Source of the DNA: Hemiscyllium ocellatum
Taxonomy: Eukaryota
Length of the DNA stretch: 64,000 nucleotides
Reading direction: 5' to 3'
NCBI RefSeq assembly: GCF_020745735.1
Contig: NC_083410.1
Coordinates: 46,536,117 to 46,600,116 of the forward strand
The notes under the pieces are model-generated. The model made no database searches. It saw only the letters and a program-made list of their open reading frames with translations, and was not told the DNA's origin. A program made the position numbers and the translations under genes. How positions within the stretch are numbered: position 1 is the first letter of the stretch; each line of letters begins with the position of its first letter. This document shows positions 12,530 to 24,595 of this stretch, in pieces.

Positions 12530-13150
12530 ACAACTTTGCCAATTATTGAAGGTGGCATCAGCAATCTAGCAGGGACCAAGCAAGGGGCAGACATACACAT
12601 CCGAGCTCCCAGCGAGGAGATGTGGCTGATAATCATTTCCTCAGCCATCACAGTGAAGGTGACCAGCATAGGGGTTGAATCTATCGTGGATGAGGTAGGA
12701 ACATGTCCAATCCACTTCCTCATATCCTTCGATCTGTTCTGGTGCAGCTAGAAAACTCTGGCATTTCTCCAGTTCACTTACCTCACCCTTTATCTTTTCA
12801 TTTGTTCTTCTTTCAGATACCCAATATCGTTAGACAATGGTATTAGAGGAAGAACAGACTGATGATGAGCACTATCACTCAATCTCACACTCACAGCTCA
12901 GATACTGGTACTGCACAAACCTTAGGGGCAACACAGAACTGTGATCAGCACATGAAACATTACCAGGCATGAGTGAGCTGGCTTAAGAGGTTAGCAGAGT
13001 GGCTCTATAGAGAACAAACCTGCTGGCCTATATCTGGATGACAGCAATCGAGCTCTAACCACTACCACTTGGCTGTTGCCTGGTCAGTCAAGATGGTGCA
13101 GTCCAAAGCCATGCACTGAAGGCCCATAGCTGTTCAATGTTATCCTCCAA
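12530..13150 (+). mobile_element. Possible PIF/Harbinger Myb/SANT-ORF remnant
   Basis: AGTKQGADIHIRAPSEEMWLII and EEQTDDE..SLNLT..SDTGTA resemble Harbinger ORF2; GT-AG pair at ~12695/12817. Confidence 0.3.
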
Positions 13151-13169
13151 AGTCATCTGCATTGAAAGT

Positions 13170-13457
13170 TGGCATGGTGACTCAGTGGGTAGCACAGCTG
13201 GCCTCACAGCACTGGGGACCTGAACTCAGTTCTGGACTTGAATGACTGTCTGCTTGGAGTTTGCACATTCTCCCCATGTCTGCATCGGTTTCCTCTAAGT
13301 GTTCCAGTTTTCTCCCATAGTCCAAAGATGTGCAGGCTCGGTGAATTAGCCATGCAGGGTTACAGGGAGAGGTTAGGTCTAGGTGGGAGGCTCTTCAGAG
13401 GAGCAGTGTGGACTTGATGGGCTGAATGGCCTGCTTTTACATGATAAGGATTCAATT
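13170..13457 (+). mobile_element. Older HE1-type V-SINE
   Basis: ggcatggtgactcagtgg head, V domain, CR1-like tail. Confidence 0.88.
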
Positions 13458-13597
13458 ATGATATGAATGTCATCAGCAGTTTTAAACCAACAACATTGCA
13501 GCCATTGGAAAAGCACTGGCAAGCAACTGCAGGACATGCAAAGGCTCATATGGAGCAGACAATACATAAACTAACCAAAATCACTATTCAAATTTTG

Positions 13598-15225
13598 TAT
13601 GGAACAGGCCTTTCAGCCTACCATAATGCCATTCTAACCTAATCCCAACTGGCTGAACATGGTCCTTGCCTGTTCATGCATCAAAATGCTTCTTAAAAGT
13701 TGCTATTGTATCTGCTTCTACCATCTCCCTTGGTAGCACATTCCAAGCACCTACCACCCTCTGTGTAACAAACATGCCATGCACACCTCCTTTAAACTTT
13801 CCCTCTCTAACCTCAAACCTATGTCCTCTCGTATTTGACATTTCCACTCTGGGAGAAAAGACTCCGACTATCCATCCTATCCGATTTACACAGAGGGTGG
13901 TTGGTGCTTAGAATGTGCTACCAGGGGAGATGGCAGAAGCAGATACAATAGCAACTTTTAAGAAGCATTTTGATGCATGAACAGGTAAGGACTATGTGCA
14001 GCCAGTTGGGATTAGTTTAGAATGACATTGTGGTAGGCTGAAAGGTCTGTTCCACACCTCTTATAATTTGATGTACTATCAGATCACTCCTCAGCCTCCA
14101 ATGCTCTAGCAAAAATAATACAAGTTCTTCCAAACTCTCCTAATAGATAATACACTCCAATCCAGGCAGCATCCTGGTAAAGCTTTTCTGTACCCTGTCC
14201 AAAGTGTCCACATCCTTCCTGTAGAGTGGCAACCAGAACTGCACACAATACTCCAAATGTGACCTCACTAAAGTTGTATACAGCTGTACCATGACTTGTA
14301 ACTTTTATTCTCAATGCCCTGACTGATGAAGGCAAGCATACCATCCACCTTCTTTACCATCTTATTCACTTGTACTGTCACTTTCAGGAAGCTATGAACT
14401 TGTCCCTCAGGATCTTTCGATGCATCAATGCTCCTAAGACTCTTGCCATTTAACGCATAGTTTCCTCTTGCATTTGACCTCTCAAAATGCATCATCTCAC
14501 ACTTGTCCAGGTTAACCTCAACCTGTTATTTCTCTGTACAACTTTCCAACTGATCAGCATCCTGCTGTATCCTTTGATAATCTTCCTCCCTCCATCAATT
14601 TTTGTGTCATTTGCCCAAGATACTAATCAGACCTCTGACATTTTCATCCAAATCATTTATATGTATTCCAAACAACAGTGGTCCCAGCACTGATCGTTGT
14701 GAAATACAACTGATCACAGACATTCAGTTGGAAAAAGACCCCTCCACACTCTGTTTTCTATGACCAAGCCAATTTTGTATCCAACTCGCCATCTCACCAT
14801 GGATCCCTGGGCTGGTCCAGAATTAATCTTCTGGACCAGCCCAATATGAGGGACTTTGTCAAATGCTTTGGTAAAGTCCATGTAGACAGCATCCACTGGC
14901 CTACCTTCATCATTCAGAATTGTCACTTCCCCAATTAAAATCAGGACATTTTCCTTTTCTTTTGGGTGAACACTTTAAGATCTGAATATTTTCCTCTTTC
15001 TATTGGCTGTGTTTCTTTTATTTCTTCTCTTGTTTTATTTTTAAACTCTGGTTTTGTATTTTGTATCCTAAGATGGTGCCTAGAATGGTGACCCTATACA
15101 CTTTTCACTGTACTCCAGTATTCGTACACTTGAATACATGTGACATAAAATCTAATTCTTAATTCTGAAAAAAAAATCAAATTTTTGAGACATGACCTCT
15201 TTGAATAAAGCCATGTTGACTATGG
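13598..15225 (-). mobile_element. CR1 LINE RT to 3' end, containing an inverted self-duplication and a nested repeat
   Basis: VDAVYMDFTKAFDKVPH (ORF 14714-14926) and other ORF2 motifs on minus strand. Confidence 0.9.
14936..15165 (+). mobile_element. Non-autonomous element with Rex1/Babar-like 3' tail
   Basis: cttttcactgt...tacatgtgaca tail shared with 26270-26320 and with the Rex1 end at 26895-26930. Confidence 0.5.
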
Positions 15226-15714
15226 CTGAAAGATATTGGAACTCAGTTTATTGGCACAAACCGATACATCAGTACTGATGGTTCACATTCACCAAGGTGA
15301 GAAAATTCAATGGGCACCTTCTCTGCACATTGCAGATGGTCCTGGGGCAAAAGTGGTTCCAAAGACTAGGTCAGTTATGCCTCTTGTGAGATGTTTGTCT
15401 TCTTCATCGTCCTCCTTCCAACATCAGCTTGTTGTCTTTGCTACCTCTGCTACCCCTTCATACCATGCTGTAGTTCAAAGGGGACTATTATAATGGCATC
15501 CATGACCGGTAGCAAGTGGTGTATGTAGAGCCCTTGAAGTCAAAATCAATACCTTCTCCATGCTCAACAACTGTAATCAACTCTCTAAAGCACTGAGGAC
15601 TTCAATGGTTCAGACAGAGCTAGAAATCAGTAACCAACCTGCATGCTGATGCTAATCTCTTTAAATTGCACTGATGGCAAGCCCTACCTGTTCATCTGCG
15701 TGTTTAAGAAATGA

Positions 15715-16196
15715 AGAATAGGAGAAGAAGAATATTATTTAAATGGAGTAAAACTGCTGAAAGATGCCACACAAAAGGACCCGGGGGTTACTTGTTTATG
15801 AAACACCAAAAGCCAGCACACAGGTACAGCTAGTAATCAAGAAGGAAGTGAATGTTGTCTCTTATTTCAAGGCAGTTAGATTATAAGAGTAGAGAAGTCT
15901 TACTGCGATTGCATAATGTGCTGGTGAGATCCCATGTAAAGTACTGTGAGTTGTTTTACTTAAGGAAAGATAATTGGCTCATGGGCAGGAAACACCAAGT
16001 GGGATGAGGAGTTCAAATGCAGTTGGTCACCCATGACCAATGGGATTCCACAGGGATCAGTCCTGCATCTGCAAGTGTTAACAATATATATTCATGACTT
16101 GGAAGAAAGAGGTTAAGGTATTGTAGCCAAATTTACAGATGACACAAAAATAGGTGGAAAGACAGGCTGTGAGAGGGATACAGATAGCTTACAGAA
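15715..16196 (+). mobile_element. Rearranged CR1 ORF2 fragments
   Basis: YYLNGVKL...; GIPQGSV...IYIHDLE...AKFTDDTKIGG RT motifs. Confidence 0.8.
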
Positions 16197-16244
16197 ATGA
16201 TTTGGAGGTTCTGGTACAAAGTTAAAAATCATACAATACTGGAT

Positions 16245-16286
<42 letters not shown>

Positions 16287-16323
16287 TGTCTCATAGACAC
16301 TTTGAACTCACCCCCCCCCCCCA

Positions 16324-16361
<38 letters not shown>

Positions 16362-16800
16362 ACTTACACACATATAAGTTTGTGAGGTGAATTTGTACTT
16401 GCAGAATTACATTTTATTTTTCTCAAAACCTTCATGAGTCCATGAAAGATTCTGTAAATCCCTTTTTTAGAAACAGAATTAGTCCGAACGTTGGGGCACA
16501 GGGCACCTCACACCTTCAATGCATTATCTGAGCTGACATGGCACCTATTGTGAAAGTTCACTTGAGAATGTAACTTTAAAAAAATGTTTTGCAATTTACA
16601 TAAGAAAAAACTGAAAGCAACATGGTCATTCTAAAAGATGAGAGTCAAAACAAACAATCCAGGTCTTTTGCAAAGTATAATTTCAGTTACATCACAAAAT
16701 GTTGACTGTCCTGCTCCTCAGATGCTGCCTGACGTGCCAGGCTTTTCCAGCGCCATACTTTTCAACTCTGATCTCCAGCATCTGCAGTGCTCACTTTCTC
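16195..16800. mobile_element. Composite PLE fragment: inverted family B end + family B 3' UTR + family A terminus
   Basis: 16195-16247 matches 39010/46828 ends; 16372-16696 is reverse complement-homologous to 39180-39515; 16697-16800 matches reverse complement of 47046-47145. Confidence 0.8.
16248..16372. repeat. (TG)n(AG)n and (C)n(CA)n microsatellites within PLE
   Basis: Direct reading. Confidence 0.95.
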
Positions 16801-16804
16801 TTTG

Positions 16805-17180
16805 TAACTGTACAAGATACTGGTAAGACCAATTTGTGAGCAGTTTTGGTCCCCTTATTTAGGGAAAGATATTGTTTATTTGGAGGCAGTTCATGGAAGG
16901 TTTACTTGGATGATCCCCAATATGGAGGAATTGTCTTAGGAGCAAACACTAAACAGGCTGAAACTCTACCCACAGTGGGGGGAGTGGGTGTGGAGGTCAC
17001 AGTCCTTGACTACATGGAAGGCTGTGATAGATAGGATCTTGAGTGGGAAATCAAGAGTTTCAGGGAAAACTCAAAAAAGTGTGGAATCTCAGATCAGCCA
17101 TGATCCTATAGTAGGATAGGGCAGTCACGAAGGGCTGAATGGCCTGCTCCTCTTCCAATCTCTTATAGTTTTATGGTCTT
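16805..17180 (+). mobile_element. Decayed CR1 3' fragment
   Basis: QLYKILVRP...FWSPYLGKDI..LEAVH; 3' UTR agatcagccatgatc. Confidence 0.75.
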
Positions 17181-18314
17181 GAAAGAAGGCATCAACTTGA
17201 GCAGCCAGGTCTAAAATAATTGCACTGGTGTCAAATCAGCATTCCATGCTAAACAATCCTGATCTGTGTACTCTGCAAATCCTGCTGCATATTCCTAATA
17301 TTCATTCTCATGGCCTCAATAAGATGCCTTTCGATGTGGGTTCGAGCCGAATTGGGAGCAAGTGGCACAGTTGCCATTTTGCTCCCAAAATGATACACAT
17401 AGCATCAGAAAAAGTCTTACTTCAGCAGACACAAGAAAAAATTATCTCAGAAAGAATAATTTTTGTTTACTGCAGTAATCAGTTTCAATCATTTTTGATA
17501 GAAACAGCTGGTCCACCTACTCTGAGGTTCATTATTGATGAATCTGGTTTAATTACCCTAAAAATGTTTTTAAACTATAAATCAATATTTCTGTTGCCCT
17601 ACATATGACTAATTATTTATTCCTAAAATTCTACTCTGGAATCATTTCATTTTCCAAATCTAGGTTAATGAATTTTACCTCACTTTTTACTCAGTTTCTC
17701 AGTAAAATCTCTGAACCTATTTTAAGCATTTCTGTTTTTGAATTGATTCTTACATCTCCACCATTGCTTCATGTACTTACTATGGTTATATTTTCATTAA
17801 GTTCAGAAGACCTGTGATACTCTATAGCATGAATCTCATGCATTGTCCTTCCAGCATGAGGCCAAGTTGAAGATAAACACACGCATACACATAACTTCAG
17901 ACTCACGACAATAACAATATTCAATTTTTAATATATTTTTGAGGTCCAGCTTTTGGCGGGAGGTCACAGTAGGTGATGTTTGATAAGTTTTGCATTATTC
18001 TTTTGTTGGTTTATTGTTTTCATTGCATACTTATTTTATTGAGTTTTTTTAAAATAAGTCCTTCTCCACCATATTGAGAATTTTATTTCTTAACTAGCCA
18101 ACAACACCATCAACATTCCTTCGGAAACTTCCTTCAGATGCACAACTAAAATGGTGACCACCATGTGCATATCCAGAGTTGACAGACAGTGCCTTGCTAA
18201 CATTTTCCAAGGCACCCTCTTACTGTGGGCTTCCTTTGCCTGCAATTATGAAAAGATAATGAATGCCTACGGTTTCCTGTTTCTGCAACTACATTTCTTC
18301 ACAGTGCTTCAAAG

Positions 18315-19967
18315 AAGAGATAGCTGAAGAGACAGTAGAGACATTAGTGGTGATCTTTCAGGAATTGCTAGAATGAGGGAGGGTCCCAGAGGACTGGAAA
18401 ATCATTAACGTGACACCCTGTTTAAAAAGGGAGTAAGGCAAAATTACAGACCAATAAGCCTAACCTCAGTCCTGGGTAAGGTCCTGGAATGCACTATGAA
18501 GAATGAGATTCCTGAATACTTGGGAGTGTATGGTAAAATAGGGAAAACCAGCATGGTTTCATCAAGGGAAGGTCAAGCCTGACAACTCTGCTAGAATTAT
18601 TTGAGGAAGTAATGAGCAAGGAGAGCCAATGAATGTTATCTACCTGGTCTTCAAGAAGGCCTTTGACAAGGTGCCACACAAGAGGCTACTGAGTAAGAGG
18701 CAAGGTGCTAGCATAGATAGAGGCTTGGCTGTGTGGCAGAATGCAGAGAGTGGGATTAAAAGGGTCCTTCTCAGAATGATAGTGGATGGCAAGTGGTGTT
18801 CCACAAGGCTCAGTGTTGGGACTACAACTTTTCACTTTATACATCAATGATCTAGATGAAGGAACGGAGGGCATCCTAGCTAAGTTTGCAGAAAATAGTC
18901 CATGAAATACATTCAATTTCCTGTGCTCCACAGCCTTCTCTGGCAGTGAATTCCATGGATTCACCACTCCTTGGCTGAAGAGGTTTCTCCTTCTTTCTGT
19001 TCTATAAGGTCTTCGCTTTACTCTAAGGCAGTGTCCTTGGGTCCTAGTTTCTCCTATAAAGATAGGTGGAGGGACAGGTAGCATTGAAGAGGCAGGGAGG
19101 CTGCAGAAGGATTTGCACAGGTTAGGCGAGTGGGCAAATAAGTGACAGATTAAGTATAACTTGGGAAAGTGTGAGGTCATGCACTATGTTAGGAAGAATA
19201 GAGACATGGACTATTTTCTAAAGGGTGAGAACATTCAGAAGTCTGAAGTGCAAAGAGACTTGGGAGTTCTACTCCAGGACTCTCTCAAGGTAAACTTGCA
19301 GGTCGAGTCAGGAGTTAGAAAGGCAAATGCAGTAATGGCATTTATTTTGAGAGGACTTCAATATAAAAGCTGGCATATACTTCTGAAGCTCTGTAAGGCC
19401 TCAATTACAGGCCACATTTGGAGTATTGTGTACAGTTTTGGGTCCCATATCTCAGGAAGGACGTACTGGCCTTGGAGCATGTTCAGCGGAGGTTCACAAG
19501 AATGGTCCCAGCAATGAAAAGTTTAACATATGAATGATGTTTGAGGACTTTGGGTTTATACTCAATGGAGTTTAGAAGGAATTGGGGAGATCTAATTGAA
19601 ACATACAGAATACTGAGTGGCCTGAACAGAGTAGATGTTGGGAAAATGTATCCATTGGTAGGAGAAACTAGGACCCAAGGACACTGCCTTAGAGTAAAGC
19701 GAAGACCTTATAGAACAGAAAGAAGGAGAAACCTCTTCAGCCAAGGAGTGGTGAATCCATGGAATTCACTGCCAGAGAAGGCTGTGGAGCACAGGAAATT
19801 GAATGTATTTCAGACTGAGATAGATAGGTTCTTGAATACCATGGTAATCAAGGTTTTGGGGAGAAAGTGAGGGAATGGGATGAGAAACTTATCAGCCATG
19901 ATTGAATGGTGGAGCAGACTCGATGGGCTGAATGGCCTAATTTCTGTTCCTACGTCTTATGGTCTTA
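18315..19967 (+). mobile_element. CR1 LINE RT to 3' end with internal inverted templated insertion
   Basis: VIYLVFKKAFDKVPHKRLL, GVPQGSVLG, ORFs 19161-19517 and 19541-19870; TATGGTCT tail. Confidence 0.93.
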
Positions 19968-20059
19968 ATAAAAACATAGAACTTACAAATTTTGGAAGAG
20001 CCATAAAGACCTTAACTATCATCAACAGAAAATGCAAACTAAAAGATATAGCATACCAG

Positions 20060-20210
20060 GTCATGAGGTCAGAGGCTAAGAATTTGATAGTGAGTAACTC
20101 ACTTCCTGTCTCCTCAATGCCAGTCCAACTCCAACAACACTTAGAGGCTTGACACCATCCAGGACAAAACAACTCACTCAATCAGCATCACACCCACAAA
20201 CATGCACTAT
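20060..20210 (+). mobile_element. Small CR1/L2-group second-family fragment
   Basis: ctccaacaacact..aggcttgacaccatccaggacaaa homologous to 24165-24200. Confidence 0.55.
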
Positions 20211-20667
20211 TTTTATGTGCAGCCTATATTTTAAACTAGAGAACAGAGCATTCCACTGTTAATTTTAATAACTGAAAATTCATTTCACAAATATACCTTA
20301 CACTGCCCCTTCAAGAATCATTCAGTGCTCCTGGAACCAGATCAAAAATTTGTCCTTCCACAACCCGATAGCTTCTAATGCCACAATTCTCTTTTTTGAG
20401 TGGGTGTATTTCCTGGAGATGCTCCCTCCAGCACAAACTAGACAAATTGCATAGCAATATGGTTCACCTGGGCTTGTTATCCAAACAGAAATATTGATTA
20501 GCTGTTCCTTAGACCCCAACCCTATTCTATCTCAAAAGTAAGTGGACAGTTTCAAGCATAACTATTTACAACCTAAAATTCTCAACTACTTCCTGGTAAT
20601 TTGGAAACTAGTGTATTGCAAACACAAATGATGCTGTCATTGCCATCAAACATGAAATCTTACGCTT

Positions 20668-21545
20668 AGAGTCATAGAATCATAGAGATGAACAGCATGG
20701 AAACAGACCTTTCAGTCCAACTCATCCATGCCAACCAGATATCCCAACCCAATCTAACCACACCTGCCAGCACCTGGCCCATATTCATATACCCTTCCAG
20801 ATGCTTTTTAAGTGTTGCAATTTTACCAGCCTCCACCACTGCCTCTGACAGCTCATTCCATACACGTACCACCTTCTGCATGAAAAAGTTGCCCCTTACG
20901 TCTTTTTTGTATCTTTCTCCTCTCATCCTAAACCTTTGCGTTCCAGTTCTGGATTCCCCCACTCAAGAGAAAAGACTTTGTTTATTTATCTTATCCATGC
21001 CCCTCATAATTTTATAAACCTCTATAAGGTCACCCCTTAGCCTCCAACACTCCAGGGAAAACAGCCCTAGCCTATTCAACCTCTCCCTATTGCTCAAATC
21101 CTCCAACCCTGGCAACATTCTTGTAAATCTTTTCTGAACCCTTTCAAGTTTTGCAACATCTTTCTGATAGGAAGGAGACCAGAACTAAGTAAAAAATCTT
21201 CGAGTAAAAAGGGCTTATGCTCGAAACGTCGAATTCTCTATTCCTGAGATGCTGCCTAACCTGCTGTGCTTTGACCAGCAACACATTTGCAGAGGAGACC
21301 AGAACTGCATATAATATTCCAACAGTAGCCTAACTAATGTCCTGTACAGCCATAACATCCACTGTTATGCATTTCAAGATATCCAGCACTTCCTCTTCTG
21401 TAATATGGAAATTTTTTCAAGATGTCATCATCCATTTCCCTACATTCTATATCTTTCATGTCCTTTTCCACAGTAAATACCGATGCAAAATATTTGTTTA
21501 GTATCTTCCCCGTCTCTAGTGGCTCCACAAAAAGGCCACCTTGAA
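20668..21545 (-). mobile_element. CR1 (HER1-type) 3' end joined to an upstream ORF2 piece (internal deletion near 21360)
   Basis: ORF 20672-20962 CR1 C-terminus; ORF 21334-21528 ILNKYFASVFTVEKDM. Confidence 0.9.
21187..21292 (+). mobile_element. Short PLE family A insertion with partial hammerhead
   Basis: 14-bp TSD AGGAGACCAGAACT (21173-21186, 21293-21306); GGGCTTATGCTC-GAAACGTC present, CTGATGA missing. Confidence 0.88.
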
Positions 21546-22719
21546 AACAACTGAGGCCACAATTTAATCTTTAACAGCCATGACACTCAGTTCTATTATT
21601 CAGAAGAGGTTGCGCACCCCACCCCCTCTTTAATATATCTTAAATTCAAAATACTTTCCCAAAGTATAATAAGTTTATAGACCTCATACTTGTAACAATG
21701 TAAAAGATGGAAACAATATTAATTGGACTGATGAAGATTGAATTAAAGTGAAAGCCAATTTACCAATCAATAGCACAAACCTTACACTTCAACCCAGCTG
21801 TGAAGTCCAATCTGAATCTGTGAGATGAAGTTAATGAAAATTATTGATGAGAACAAAATGATAATGCATTTGGAAAGAACTGTATACAACAAGACAAGTT
21901 AATTTCTCAGTGGCTATTATTAAAATGCAAATGAAGTGGGACATTTGAGTCAGAGTAATTAAAAATAAACATTAATTCTTCTCATTCATAATAAAAATGA
22001 GTGTGCTGGATTGATAATAATTCAATTATACTATTTTTGAAAAGAAAGTTTACTAAAGCTTAGAGGGGAGGATTTCAGGCTCATACAAATATAAAGTTAT
22101 GTTATAGAACATAATTGGTATCTTACAGAGTTTGATATTAGTAATTGGAATGCATTTAATTCACAAATTTGACTTGACATTCCTCTATAAAGGCTTTGCT
22201 TTAAAAATTACCTGCAAAATTATCATATAAAAACAAGGATAGCAATAAATCACAGTGCTGATAAAAAGAACTCAATAGTAATAGCAAAATTGAGCTCTAA
22301 AATAATTAAGGTGGAAGTTAATCAGCCTATTGTAAAATCTATAAGAATCGATATAACCTATAAACAAGATAGATTATATGGCTGGAAATACTTATCTTTA
22401 GCATTTTGATTTTGATGCTGATCTTGCAGTTGTGTAAAATTGTAATATCGGATTAGGAATAGTGTCGCAGAGAATGCATTAGATTTAAACACATTTTGTA
22501 AATATAGGTAAATTTCTCATTATTTGAAATTATTTAGCTCACCTATCTTCAGGCTCAATGTGGCAAGTTTGATGATAATTTGATGGCAGAATATATCTGC
22601 ATTTTAAATTCAGTGTTATGCTGCAGGTTTTATTGCAACAGCACTTTGATAGCTCCAAGAATAAAGTTAGCAGTAATTATAATATTTCTGTAGATAATGA
22701 AGCATCTGGAAACAGAAGG

Positions 22720-22750
22720 AATACAAGTTTAATACAAGTTTAATACAAGT
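22720..22750. repeat. 11-bp tandem repeat (AATACAAGTTT) x ~3
   Basis: Direct reading. Confidence 0.9.
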
Positions 22751-24074
22751 CAGTGGTGAACCAAATAGTGAGATTCCATTTTTGTAAAGCTATCAGCAAA
22801 GTGGTGCAACACGGACAGTAATTTTTTCGATATTTGCGTTAACTGCACTTCTGACTCTCAGCTGAAGTTGTTGTGCCATTTGCACATAAATAACAGAGAC
22901 ATCATTAGCCCCATTTTTATTCTGAGACCAAAATATAGCCCATAAAATTTAATAAACAAGGCCTGCAGGTAATTGCTCATGATCTTATTAACAGTGTTTT
23001 AGTGAGATGCTGTACAATTGGGCAGAGCCTTAGCCTGATACAAGTTAATACTTTCACAATAATTCACTTACCTTGGGTAAATGTTTTCCAACAATCTGAA
23101 ACAGATTATTAGACACAAGAAAACAAACAGCTTTGTTATAGCAATTTCTAATTTTAGAACTTGGATAACATTTTATTGTGGTATATTTAGAACCAGCATC
23201 TGTGCTTTGTACTTTCAGGTGGTTATTTTTGACAGCTATTTAGCATCAATTAGATGTAACATTTTGAATAATAAAGTACTGCCTCTAGGCAGCCCATATG
23301 TGGATTACATGCTAAAGTCAGGAGCTAAACAATTTCAGTAAAATTAGATGCTTAAACATGAAGCTATCTCAAATAAACAGTGCTCCAGTCATGTAAAAGT
23401 AATACAGCTGCCATATAGTACTGATTGCAAATCTAACCTTGTAATTTTTGTAAAAATTAATTTATTCATTTCACTAACTAGAATTAAAGAGCTCCTTTTC
23501 ATCAAAGATTGTTATTCACAAAAATGTATCATCTTTAATAGTAACACTCCTATTACATTAATAATTATAAATGCAATGGAATGGTTTGTCTTTCATGAAA
23601 TAAAGTACACTAACTAATTTAAAGCTGAATATTTACTTAGCATATGCATAGAAAACATCCTCATAGCAAATTCCCTCTCTGTGTTTTAAGGAATTTAATT
23701 TTCAATGTAATTCTTAATTGTACACCATAAACATCAAAAACTAGTTTTGCAGTTGTTGTGAAAGATCAATGTAGTGTGAGGTCTTATGAATGTGCTACAC
23801 AAAATACCAGCTGAGGAAGTTAACTAATCAGCTAGTGTTTACTCAATCATCTAGAGCATGTCTATATAAATAGCAAAGGAAACCTTGAAAAACATATGGA
23901 CACCAGAATATGTCTTAATAAATTGTTGATGGATATTCAAAATCATATTCAATTATATCATTATTAAACAATGAATTAAAAGTTAGTGATATATTTAGTG
24001 ATAAGGCTTAAGGACCTGTTCCTTATTCTAACCAAATTCTATGCCATAAGGTGACAATTCCGTAGCAAACATAT

Positions 24075-24595
24075 TACTTGTGGGCTCCCCAAGATTTGTT
24101 CATTATCTACAAAGGCCAAATCAGATATGTGATGGAATGCACCCTACTTGTCAACAGGAATGTAGCTCCAACAACACTCAAGAGCTCGATGGCAACAAAG
24201 ACTGAGTATCCCATCTGACTGGTACTTTAATTCACGCATTCCAATGTTACACCAGTGCACTGGCAGTAGTGTGTATCTTCTTACAATTTTCACAGATCAA
24301 CTTACCAAGGTTCCTTCAACAGCTCCTTCAAAAGGAAGGAAGGAAAGGGACAATTAGTGCACTTCACTAATTGAAAATTCCCTTCAAAGTCACATATCAT
24401 CCTGACATGGAAATATACTTCTATTTCATCACTGTAAAAATCCAGGGAACTCCTTTCCTTACAGGACAATATCACATTGACGGTAGCAGATCAAAAAGGT
24501 GAATTACAACTAACTTCCCAAAGGCAGTTAAGGATAAGCAATAAATACTAACCTTGATAGCAACATTCACATTCTATGAACAAATTAAAAAAATT
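24075..24595 (+). mobile_element. Old CR1/L2-group LINE 3' end
   Basis: IIYKGQIRYVMEC..L motif; tail ggcagttaaggataagcaataaat...tatgaacaaattaaaaaa. Confidence 0.7.

Noticed and set aside
17228-17608. 126-aa plus-strand ORF
   Set aside because: GTG start, no motif or recognisable homology; likely chance
22667-23095. Splice product IVGKHLPK-MLHYLQKYYNYC* resembling a short-chain cytokine D helix
   Set aside because: Too short, 24-bp exon does not fit cytokine gene structure, and no signal-peptide exon found
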